Source: Dehalococcoidia bacterium (GTDB lineage Bacteria > Chloroflexota > Dehalococcoidia > Bin125). From it: a DNA stretch of 64,000 nucleotides. The stretch's first letter is position 1; every line of letters starts with the position of its first letter. The notes under the pieces are model-generated. The model was not told the DNA's origin, did not search any database, and was given only the letters and a program-made list of their open reading frames with translations. A program made the translations under genes and the position numbers. Shown here piece by piece: positions 1 through 8,246 of the stretch. The DNA is taken from assembly GCA_963662615.2 (NCBI GenBank), contig CAXXSR010000001.1, positions 192,001-256,000 of the forward strand, in the 5' to 3' direction.

Positions 1-461
1 GCCAGGGCGCTGTCCGAGCGGATGTCGCGTTCCTCGATTTCCAGGGAGTAGATCGTGTCGCCCACCTGGACTCCGCCGTCGGGGTGGCAGACGGCGCATT
101 CGCCGCGGTTGATCTCGTCAACGGCCAGATGCACGGCCTGCGAGGTCGGCACACCCCAGGGGATGGCCTTTCCGCTCAGCGACCCGATCAGGCCGATCTT
201 GATCACGCCCCTCTGCACTGCCGGAGCGGCGGCGGGCGCCGGTTCGGGCGCGGGGGCCGGAGCCGGCTCTGGGGCCGGAGCGGCGGCGGGCTCTGGGGCC
301 GGAGCGGCGGCGGGCTCTGGGGCCGGAGCGGCGGCGGCGGCCGGCGCAGCCTCATCGTCGTCATCGCCGCAGGCGGCCGCGAGCGCGAGCGCCAACACGA
401 TGAGGAGCAAAAACGGCAACGCGGCGAGGCGCCGCGCTCGGTGTAGGCGAAGCTTATACAT
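1..461 (-). CDS. ABC transporter solute-binding lipoprotein, branched-chain amino acid (LivK-like) family; N-terminal part, runs off the window edge
   Basis: Not in the ORF track (open-ended). Manual translation from ATG at 461: MYKLRLHRARRLAALPFLLLIVLALALAAAC (lipobox), GDDDD, Pro/Ala/Glu linker, then IKIGLIGSLSG...AVHLAVDEINRG...GGVQVG, the typical family N-terminus. Lies downstream of a LivM-type permease. Confidence 0.85.
   Translation of the reverse strand, partial: MYKLRLHRARRLAALPFLLLIVLALALAAACGDDDDEAAPAAAAAPAPEPAAAPAPEPAAAPAPEPAPAPAPEPAPAAAPAVQRGVIKIGLIGSLSGKAIPWGVPTSQAVHLAVDEINRGECAVCHPDGGVQVGDTIYSLEIEERDIRSDSAL
222..345. repeat. Coding tandem repeat, 24-bp unit (GGAGCGGCGGCGGGCTCTGGGGCC), encoding the APAPEPAA linker
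   Basis: Near-identical copies visible at about 265-330, degenerate copies on the flanks. Confidence 0.8.
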
Positions 462-744
462 CTCGCTGCTTTCCTCTCTCCTTCTCGCTTCTTGCTTGCT
501 TGTGTGTCGTCCCGGTGGCGGGAACGCCTCCTCGCTTTCGCAGGTTTCTTGAACCGTCGAACTCTTCCTCCCTTCCGGGACAGGGCGCCTGATCACGCTC
601 CTTGGACCCGGGCAACCGTCCCAAACGATAGGCGTAACAGATAATCCGGCACAAGGCAAGATCGTTGATTGGCGGGCAGCGCGGTCCGGAAGGCGGCAGG
701 CGATCGATGGGAACGGTCGAATCGTGAGTGCCGCACCGTGGACC

Positions 745-1854
745 TCAGGGGTCGCCGCGGTCGTCGTCCTCGCGATCGTCGGGCGCCGGCCCTTCGAGGG
801 CGAGGCGGGGGCGGAGCAGGCGGAGCGTCCACTCCTTGGCTTGCAGGTAGAAGGAGCGGATCCCGCCCACGACGCCCTGGGGCAGCAGCAGAATCACGGC
901 GATCAGGATCATGCCGTAGACGATCTGGCGCAGGATCGGATCGAGGTCGAGCACCTCGGGGAGAAACCAGACCACGACGGCGCCGGCGAGCGGCCCCAGG
1001 AGCCAGCGCGCGCCCCCGAGCAGCAACATCAAGACGATCAGGAGGCTGTCGAAGGCGTCAAACAGGCGCGGCTCAATATGGCGCAGGAAGTAGCCGTAGT
1101 AGACGCCCCCCACCCCCGCGAACAGGCCGCTGATCATGAAGGTGGAGACTTTGGTCCAGTTGACGTTGATGCCCAGGGATCCCGCCAGGGGCTCGTTCTC
1201 CCGCACCGCCCGCATGGTGCGCCCGAGCGGCGAGTGGGCGATCCCGTAGACGCCGAGCATCGCCACGCCCAGGAAGGCCAGGATCAGGAAGTAGGCCGGC
1301 CGCAGGTCCACGAAATGTTGCCCCAGGACGGACGGAATCCGTTCCGGGATAAAGAGCCCTTGGGCGCCGCCGGTGAGATCGCCCCCATTGGTGAGCACGA
1401 TGGCTAAGAGCTCGCCGGAGGCAAAGGTCAGGATCAAGAAGTGGTGCCCGCTGACGCGAATGGAGGGGAAGCCCAGCACGCCCGCGGCGAGGGCGGCGGT
1501 GATCCCGGCCAGGGGGAGGGCGGCCCAGAAGGAGATGCCGAACTCGCGCAGGAGGATGGCGCCCAGATAGGCCCCCACGCCCATGAGCGCCGCGTGGGCG
1601 ATGGAGATCATGCCGATCTGGCCGAAGAGGAGGGCGAGGCCGTAGAGCACCACGGCGTTGACGGCGGTGAGGATGGCGATGCTGAGCAGCCGCTGCGTGG
1701 GCAGGATCCAGGGCAAGAGGATCAGCAGCGTGGGTATGGCGATCAGCAGGACGATCCGCTCGGGGGAGGGGGTTAGCAGATCCTCGGGGACGAAGGCGCG
1801 CCAGCCGCGGCCGGCATCCGCGGGGGTGTCCCCGCGCCGCTCACTCTTCAGCAA
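745..1854 (-). CDS. Branched-chain amino acid ABC transporter permease (LivM type)
   Basis: Multi-TM protein; motifs GQIGMISIAHAALMGVGAY, TGGAQG, SPLGRTMRAVRENE, GPLAGA. Confidence 0.92.
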   Translation of the reverse strand: MLKSERRGDTPADAGRGWRAFVPEDLLTPSPERIVLLIAIPTLLILLPWILPTQRLLSIAILTAVNAVVLYGLALLFGQIGMISIAHAALMGVGAYLGAILLREFGISFWAALPLAGITAALAAGVLGFPSIRVSGHHFLILTFASGELLAIVLTNGGDLTGGAQGLFIPERIPSVLGQHFVDLRPAYFLILAFLGVAMLGVYGIAHSPLGRTMRAVRENEPLAGSLGINVNWTKVSTFMISGLFAGVGGVYYGYFLRHIEPRLFDAFDSLLIVLMLLLGGARWLLGPLAGAVVVWFLPEVLDLDPILRQIVYGMILIAVILLLPQGVVGGIRSFYLQAKEWTLRLLRPRLALEGPAPDDREDDDRGDP

Positions 1855-2062
1855 TCGTTGCCCCCTCCGCTCTCACTGCCACCCTTCCGACCGGTCTTGG
1901 ATGCGAGTCACGATGATAGGTCCCAGCAGCGCTGGGGGCGAGGATGGCGGCGCCCGCCCGCTTGATGCCACGGCGTCCTGGCCCCGCGGGAGCCGCCCAC
2001 GACGAGGAGGACTGTGGGGCGCCACCGCACTGTGTCTCGGGTGTGTGCCGCAGCCGTGTCCC

Positions 2063-3043
2063 TCAGAAGATGGCGATGGGGTTCACGGGCGACGCCGTGC
2101 CCCGCTCTAGGCGCAGCGGCCCCAGCGTGAGCAGGAACTCCCAGCGGTTGCGCTCCCGGCAGGCCGCGGCGAGCCGGCCCAGCTGCAAGTTGCAGAGCAT
2201 GTGCAGCCCCATGTAGACGATGCCGATCTGGTGGATGGGGCGCACCCAGCCGTCGATGCCGCTGGGGACGACGTCGGCCATGCCGTCGCAGCCGAAGATC
2301 GCAACGCCGTGTTCATGCAGCCAGGGGAGGCAGTCGGTGCCCAGGCCGGCGACGCCGTCTTCGGGAGCGTCCGACCCCTCGGCGGTCAGCTCCACCACCA
2401 GCGGCCAGGGGCCGCGCGCCTGGCGACGCGCGTCGCGGCCAATGGAGACAAACAGGACGTCGCCCTCCTCCACACGCACGCCCTGGCGGTCGGCCGCGGC
2501 CTGGAGCTCGTCGACAGTGATGCGTTCGCGCGGCTCCAGCCAGTCGACGCCGCGCAGGGCGGGGATGTCCAGGAGGACGCCACGGGTGAAGATGCCGTCC
2601 TTGCCGGACATAATGCTGTTGCGGTGGGCGCCGTTGCTCTTCACCTCACTGGCGTCGAAGCCGTTGTAAATCTTGCCGCCCACAATGAAGTGGCAGAGCG
2701 CATCCAGGTGGGTGTTGGAGAAGCCGTGCAGGTCCATGGCGAGGTAGTCGGCGCTGAAGGCCATGCCGGGGATGACAGCGCTCTCAGGCACGTCCCCGGC
2801 GATCACCATGCGATGCATCGCCGGCTCCGGATTGTCCACGGCCCGCGTCACGGCGATAGGGAGGGCGCAGCTCACCGTCACGCCCTCTTTGACCAGGGCG
2901 GCGGCGGCGAGGCGCTTGGCGTCCGTGATGAAGTTGAGGGTGCCGCGCTCGTCGTCGGGACCCCAGCGGCCCCAGTTCGATACCCGCTGCGCTATAGCGT
3001 CCACGTCGGCCTTGCTCAAGACAGCGGGGGCGTCGGCCATCAC
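2063..3043 (-). CDS. Cyclase family protein (kynurenine formamidase-like metal hydrolase)
   Basis: NWGRWGPDDERGTLN, HGFSNTHLDALCH, RGVLLDIP, C-terminal GTASPVNPIAIF. Confidence 0.9.
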   Translation of the reverse strand: MMADAPAVLSKADVDAIAQRVSNWGRWGPDDERGTLNFITDAKRLAAAALVKEGVTVSCALPIAVTRAVDNPEPAMHRMVIAGDVPESAVIPGMAFSADYLAMDLHGFSNTHLDALCHFIVGGKIYNGFDASEVKSNGAHRNSIMSGKDGIFTRGVLLDIPALRGVDWLEPRERITVDELQAAADRQGVRVEEGDVLFVSIGRDARRQARGPWPLVVELTAEGSDAPEDGVAGLGTDCLPWLHEHGVAIFGCDGMADVVPSGIDGWVRPIHQIGIVYMGLHMLCNLQLGRLAAACRERNRWEFLLTLGPLRLERGTASPVNPIAIF

Positions 3044-3078
3044 ACGTCCTTTCCAGTCCTGCCTGCGGCTTGAGCGGG

Positions 3079-3108
3079 AGTATAAGACTGCGCCGTCGTA
3101 GCGCTCAA
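3079..3108 (-). promoter_or_regulatory. Putative sigma70 promoter of the cyclase gene
   Basis: Minus strand TTGAGC-18 nt-TATACT, about 35 nt upstream of the start codon. Confidence 0.45.
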
Positions 3109-3153
3109 GGCGTCGCAGCTTGACTTGGCGCCGCGCCCCATCTCAGGCGGGTT

Positions 3154-3990
3154 CTACTCGTACACGTGGTTGGGAAGGAGCTCCATCTTCCTGAGCGCCA
3201 TCTGGCCGTTGGTGTATTTGATGCCCGTTTCATCATGGCCGGGAAAAATGAAGCCATCTCTCTCCCGCGCGATGCGCTCGATCTTTCCGGTGGAGGCGAT
3301 CAGGTTCTCAACGTTGTTGGCCACGGTATTGGCAACAGGCGGCGGACCGAAGGCGTCGTGCGTCTGGACGGCGTCAGCCACCAGCATGGCCCAGCCGGTG
3401 TGGTCGAGGCGAGTGAGCACGCCCATTGAGCCGGGCGTGTGGCCGGGCAGGCTGACGATCCAGAGATCCTTCAGGATCTCCTGGTCCCCGTACACCAGAG
3501 TGGGGCGCTTTTGCCCCAGGAAGTTCCAGTCCGCGCGAACGAAGAAATTCTCCGCCTCCCAGACGTTGCTGACGAACTTGTGCTCGTCCTCATGCACCAC
3601 GATCGTCGCGCCCGCGTCCTGGAACAGGCGCAGGCCGCCGGCGTGGTCGGCATGCAAGTGACTCACGATCACGTACTTAAAATCCTCCGGGCCCAGCCCC
3701 TGAGCCTTGAGGCCGCTTTCCAGCAACTTCTCCGGAGTGATTGCGCTGAGGTCGATTATCCCTTGCCACTCCGGGAGCCACTCCTCCTTGAAGTTGGTGG
3801 AGATTCCCGTGTCGAACAGGATCAGACCGTCAGGATGCTCGATCACAAACGCCATTGAAGGGCAGCGATACCATGTCCGCCGTCCCTCACCGCGGCCCGG
3901 CAACAAGATTTCGTTGGGGTTGGGGAACTGCAGGAGGTCGTAGTCGATCGCCATATACCCCAGATTCATTCCTTTGAGTCGAATTGCCAC
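3154..3990 (-). CDS. Metallo-beta-lactamase-fold hydrolase, N-acyl homoserine lactonase family
   Basis: LFDTG, SHLHADHAGG (HxHxDH), PGHTPG, ADA, FPGHD motifs. Confidence 0.9.
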   Translation of the reverse strand: MAIRLKGMNLGYMAIDYDLLQFPNPNEILLPGRGEGRRTWYRCPSMAFVIEHPDGLILFDTGISTNFKEEWLPEWQGIIDLSAITPEKLLESGLKAQGLGPEDFKYVIVSHLHADHAGGLRLFQDAGATIVVHEDEHKFVSNVWEAENFFVRADWNFLGQKRPTLVYGDQEILKDLWIVSLPGHTPGSMGVLTRLDHTGWAMLVADAVQTHDAFGPPPVANTVANNVENLIASTGKIERIARERDGFIFPGHDETGIKYTNGQMALRKMELLPNHVYE

Positions 3991-4188
3991 CTCACCACTC
4001 CTCTCTCGGCGGAGAACGTGCGAAACACGGGCGCTTCGGGACGGCCACGCTCCCGCCGGCCGGCCTCGCCGCGCCTGCGTATCTTAGATTCGGCCCGTCA
4101 ACGGGTCCAGGCGATCGCGACGATCGGCTCCGGAGCGCGGCAAGACTTTCGCAAGAAGTCCGTCTGGTGGATGCGCTAGCGTGTCGAT

Positions 4189-5514
4189 ATGCGCCACGAC
4201 CTAGCGTTGGCTCTCGGCGTATCGCTCCTTCTGCTCCTTGTGGCTTGCTCAGGAGGCGGCGACGCTGAGGCGCCTCGGAATGGGGCGCCACAGGCGGTGG
4301 CCGCGCTACAGACGGTGGCCGCGCCAGAGGGCGAGGAACCGGCAGCATCGGCGGGCGTCGTCCAGCAGCCCCAGGCGCCGTCCGGCGGGACGGCAGGCCC
4401 CGCGGAGGCTCCGCCAGCGGCCGGCCGCAGCGCGCCTCCGGATGACGCCGACCCGCGAGCGGAACCGGCGACCGCGCCGGCGCCGGCGGGGCCCACTCTG
4501 CAGACGCCCGAATTCGAGGGGCTCAGCGGGTGGATCAACAGCGATGCGCTCATCCTGTCGGCGCTCATCCAGCAGAATCGCGTGGTCCTGATCGACTTTT
4601 GGACCTACACTTGCGTGAACTGCGTTCGCACGCTGCCCTTCCTCCGGGAATGGCACGAGAAATACAGCGACCGCGGACTCACGATCATTGGCGTGCATGC
4701 GCCCGAGTTTGAGTTCGAGAAGGATCGCACCAATGTGCTCGGGGCGGTCGAACGCTTCCAGCTCCAATACTCCATCGCCCAGGACAATGAGATGGCCACC
4801 TGGCGGGCCTTTCGAAACCGCTCCTGGCCCGCCAAGTACCTCATTGGGACGGATGGCGCGCTCCGCTATCAGCACTTCGGCGAAGGGGCCTACGTGGAGA
4901 CCGAAAAGGAGATTCGCGGCGCCTTGGAAGATGCGGGCTGGGACGTGAGCGATGTGCCCCTGGGCACTGTGGACGTGCAAGAGGTCGACCCCAACCTCAC
5001 CGTCGTCACCCGCGAGCTGTATGGCGGCTACCAGCAGAATTACAACTCCGACGGCGTCTACGCGTGGCAACCGGAGTATTACCAGGGCCCCGACCGCGAG
5101 GTTCTTTACGAGGACACTCGGCCAGACTTACACGCGACCAACTTTTGGTACTTGCAGGGGCTGTGGCGGAACGAGGCCGAGGCGATCGTCCACGCCCGCG
5201 AGACCGAGGCGTACGAGGACTACATTGCTGTGCGCTTCGTGGCTCGCAGCGTCAACGTGGTCATTCAGCCCGTGCGCGACCAGCCGTTCGACGTGGTGAT
5301 TGAACTAGCAGGTCGCCCTCTCACTCTCGAGGAGCTGGGGGCCGACGTCAGCCACGACGATCAGGGCCGCAGCGTCCTTCATGTGGACGAGCCGCGGATG
5401 TATGCCATCGTCGAGCTGCCGGGGATCGGTGAGCATGATCTGACGCTGCGCTCCAACTCCGACAACTTCGCCGTGTTCGCCTTTACGTTCGGCGCCTACA
5501 CGGAGGGCCCCTAG
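4189..5514 (+). CDS. DipZ-like thioredoxin (redoxin) lipoprotein with C-terminal DipZ domain, no CcdA domain
   Basis: Lipobox LVAC, Pro/Ala linker, VLIDFWTYTCVNCVR (CxxC), GVHAPEFEFEK, HFGEG, C-terminal FAFTFG. Confidence 0.88.
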   Translation: MRHDLALALGVSLLLLLVACSGGGDAEAPRNGAPQAVAALQTVAAPEGEEPAASAGVVQQPQAPSGGTAGPAEAPPAAGRSAPPDDADPRAEPATAPAPAGPTLQTPEFEGLSGWINSDALILSALIQQNRVVLIDFWTYTCVNCVRTLPFLREWHEKYSDRGLTIIGVHAPEFEFEKDRTNVLGAVERFQLQYSIAQDNEMATWRAFRNRSWPAKYLIGTDGALRYQHFGEGAYVETEKEIRGALEDAGWDVSDVPLGTVDVQEVDPNLTVVTRELYGGYQQNYNSDGVYAWQPEYYQGPDREVLYEDTRPDLHATNFWYLQGLWRNEAEAIVHARETEAYEDYIAVRFVARSVNVVIQPVRDQPFDVVIELAGRPLTLEELGADVSHDDQGRSVLHVDEPRMYAIVELPGIGEHDLTLRSNSDNFAVFAFTFGAYTEGP

Positions 5515-5725
5515 GCCGCTCCGGCGGGCGGCGTCGTATTTGCCACCCGCGCGCCGCCGCCGGCGCATCCTGCGGCCCGTCTCGCCTTTCATGCTCCCGT
5601 GTCTGAACCGGGATCGCTCTCCCCGACGCCGAATCAACCGGCGATACTAGTCGCCCAGCCAGCCGGCCGAAATTCGGCATGGCATTGGCAACAGGAGCAG
5701 TGGCAACAGAATGAGGAGGAGAGTT

Positions 5726-6145
5726 GTGGCATCTATCGTGAGCAAGCCGTCGGTGAGCGCCGCGGCCGCTCAGCAGGCGATCGGCGCGGCCGAGGCGAAG
5801 GCGCGCGAGATCGGCATCGCGGCAGTGACCGCCGTCGTGGATGAATCCGGGGTCCTCAAAGCCTTCAGTCGCATGGACGGCGCTCCCGTGATTAGTGTGG
5901 ACATCGCGATGGACAAGGCCTACACGGCGACGTTCGGCCTTGCCACCGACCAACTCTTTGAGCGCATCAAGGACGACCCCGCGAATCTTGCCGGTCTGCC
6001 GGCGCTGCCTCGCATCACCGTGCTGGGCGGCGGTGAACCGATCCTGGCGGGTGAGACGCCGGCGGGCGCCGTTGGCGTGAGCGGCGGGACCTGGCGGCAA
6101 GACAAGGAATGCGCGCAGGCTGGGGTGGCGGCGATCGGTTCGTGA
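5726..6145 (+). CDS. GlcG/HbpS family heme-binding protein
   Basis: AVVDESG, RMDGA, AMDKAYTA, GAVGVSG motifs. GTG start at 5726 follows an AGGAG RBS. Confidence 0.88.
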   Translation: MASIVSKPSVSAAAAQQAIGAAEAKAREIGIAAVTAVVDESGVLKAFSRMDGAPVISVDIAMDKAYTATFGLATDQLFERIKDDPANLAGLPALPRITVLGGGEPILAGETPAGAVGVSGGTWRQDKECAQAGVAAIGS

Positions 6146-6196
6146 TAGGCGCCGCGTGATAGACGCCCCGTGACAGGAGCCTCGTAATAGGCGAAC
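6141..6196. repeat. Four degenerate 14-bp tandem repeats (consensus CGTGATAGGCGCCN)
   Basis: CGTGATAGGCGCCG / CGTGATAGACGCCC / CGTGACAGGAGCCT / CGTAATAGGCGAAC read directly. Confidence 0.75.
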
Positions 6197-6323
6197 CTGC
6201 AACACGTACACGGCTTCATCCCACGCCCGGACGCGCCGCGCCCCGCCGTCCGGCCATGCCGTATCATCCCAGCGCCCGTTCGGACCGCCCCGGACCGCGG
6301 CGGCCGGGGCCGAGAGGGAGAGC

Positions 6324-7589
6324 GTGATGCCAGAGAGCAACGGCAGCTCCGTCCTGCTCCGCTGTGGCCATCTCTTCGATGGCACGGGCCGGTCGCTGCA
6401 GCGGGACCAGGCGATCCTCATCGCCGACGGGCGCATCACCGCCGTGGGGCCGGCCGCTGAGGTCGAGCAACGGACCCCGCCGGCGGCCGAGCGGATCGAC
6501 CTTGGCGAAGCCTGCGTCATCCCTGGGCTCATTGACGGTCACACCCATACCAGCCTGCTCGGCGACCGCCAGCCCTACGTGGTGCAGTTCGCCGCCTCCG
6601 ACGAGCTGATGATCGCGATCGCCGCCAAGAACCTCCGCCGCCATCTCTTGGCGGGCGTGACCACGATCCGCGAGCACGGCGCCCGCAACATGGTCGGCTT
6701 CACCGTTCGCGAGGCGGTGCGCCGGGGCTACCTCATGGGCCCGCGGATGCTCGTCAGCGGCCGGCCGATCACGAAGCCGGGCGGGCACTTCCACTTCTGC
6801 AACGAGACGGCGGCGGACGCGGAGGCGGTGCGGCAGTCGGTGCGCCGCCTGGCGGAGCAGGGAGCGGACTACATCAAGATCATGGCGTCCGGCGGCGCCA
6901 CGGAAGGGACGGATCCCGGCGTCGCCTCCTACTCGCTTGAGGAGCTGCGGGCGGCCGCGCAGGAGGCACACCGGTTGGGACGCCGCACCGCCGTGCACAC
7001 CCGTGCCACCGAAGGGATGCGGCGCGCCGTCGCTGCCGGCCACGACCTGTTGGAGCACGCCGAGTTCAAAGAGCCAGACGGGGAGCAGCACTTCGACCCT
7101 GAGCTGGCGCGGGCGATCGCCGCGTCGAACATGTACGTGAGCCCTACGCTCCAGGGCCTTTCAGCCTATCCGCGCATCGTGGAGCTTGCGGCACGGCGAG
7201 ACACCGGCGAGCTGGGTGAGGAAGAGGAACGGGAGCTGGAGGAACGCCAGCAGCGACTCGAGGCCCGGCTCGCCGTCTTCCGGCGGTTTCTGGACGCGGG
7301 GATCGAAGATCGCATCGTGCCCGGAACCGATGCGGGCGTGTTCTGGGTAGAGTTCGGCCGCATTGGCTACGACCTGGAACTCCTGGTGCAGGCGGGCCTG
7401 GCGCCGGCGGACGCGCTCAGGGCAGCCACGCGCACCGCGGCGGAAGCCGTGGGGCTGAGCGATGAGATCGGCACGATCGAGGCCGGCAAGGTCGCCGACC
7501 TGGTCGCGGTCGATGGCGATCCAACAGCGGACATCGGCGCCGTCAGCCGGGTGCTGGCCGTCTACCAAGCCGGGAACCTGGTCACCTAG
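6324..7589 (+). CDS. Metal-dependent amidohydrolase family protein
   Basis: PGLIDGHTH (HxH), GADYIKIMASGG, AVH, LEH, PGTDAG, GTIEAGKVADLVAVDGDP. Confidence 0.9.
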   Translation: MMPESNGSSVLLRCGHLFDGTGRSLQRDQAILIADGRITAVGPAAEVEQRTPPAAERIDLGEACVIPGLIDGHTHTSLLGDRQPYVVQFAASDELMIAIAAKNLRRHLLAGVTTIREHGARNMVGFTVREAVRRGYLMGPRMLVSGRPITKPGGHFHFCNETAADAEAVRQSVRRLAEQGADYIKIMASGGATEGTDPGVASYSLEELRAAAQEAHRLGRRTAVHTRATEGMRRAVAAGHDLLEHAEFKEPDGEQHFDPELARAIAASNMYVSPTLQGLSAYPRIVELAARRDTGELGEEEERELEERQQRLEARLAVFRRFLDAGIEDRIVPGTDAGVFWVEFGRIGYDLELLVQAGLAPADALRAATRTAAEAVGLSDEIGTIEAGKVADLVAVDGDPTADIGAVSRVLAVYQAGNLVT

Positions 7590-7619
7590 GGCGCCAGGCC
7601 GCAGCGGTGACCGCCGTGC

Positions 7620-8246
7620 TTAGATCCCCGGCGATCGGAAGCCGTCGATTTCGAAACCGTACTCGCGGCCAGCATCGACGAGCGCGTCGAACAGGTATTG
7701 ACCGAACGAGCGCTCGCTGTGAAGCAGGTACGAGCGGTCCCCCCCAAGGTCATGTCGGACGATGTCCGTGACCACGCCGGCGACGGAGCTGCGCAGGGCC
7801 GCTCCATTGGGCGTGACCGAATCGTCGAAGTCGATGGCACACACCTTGGAGAGGACCGGGGCGGCACGGTCTCCGACGAGCCGGATCATGGCTCTGGCAT
7901 GTGTCACATCGACGGCGCTGACATCGTCCGAGTGACCGAGCTCCTGGACCTTCGCCGCAAGCGCAGGAGCCGTGCTGGGCGGGCCCAGCAGCAGCCATTC
8001 ACCGGGCCCGGAGCCAATGATGACGCCGCTGGACTCGTCGCGCCGCAATCGCCCGAAGGGCACGCCAAGCGCCTTTGCCACCGGGCCATTCGCAGGGGCG
8101 TGCACGAGCACCTTGGCGAGGGGCGTGCAGTCCGTGATTCGCTGCGCCGCAGTGCTTCGCTGCGCCGTGACCTCCCAACCGTCCACCACGACCCCCGGCG
8201 CGATGCAGGCGATGGGACTGCGGGCAAGAGGCACGGAGTCAGGCAC
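7620..8246 (-). CDS. soxG: Sarcosine oxidase / N-methylglutamate dehydrogenase gamma subunit
   Basis: GPGEWLL, VDVTHAR, LSKVCAIDF, RSFGQYL. GTG start overlaps the alpha-subunit stop. Confidence 0.85.
   Translation of the reverse strand: MPDSVPLARSPIACIAPGVVVDGWEVTAQRSTAAQRITDCTPLAKVLVHAPANGPVAKALGVPFGRLRRDESSGVIIGSGPGEWLLLGPPSTAPALAAKVQELGHSDDVSAVDVTHARAMIRLVGDRAAPVLSKVCAIDFDDSVTPNGAALRSSVAGVVTDIVRHDLGGDRSYLLHSERSFGQYLFDALVDAGREYGFEIDGFRSPGI

Noticed and set aside
55-552. Plus-strand GAGAGS silk-like ORF
   Set aside because: Antisense of the APAPEPAA linker of the minus-strand lipoprotein.
5686-5709. Direct repeat TGGCAACAG x2 upstream of the GlcG gene
   Set aside because: Two short copies only; no second locus seen to support an operator.
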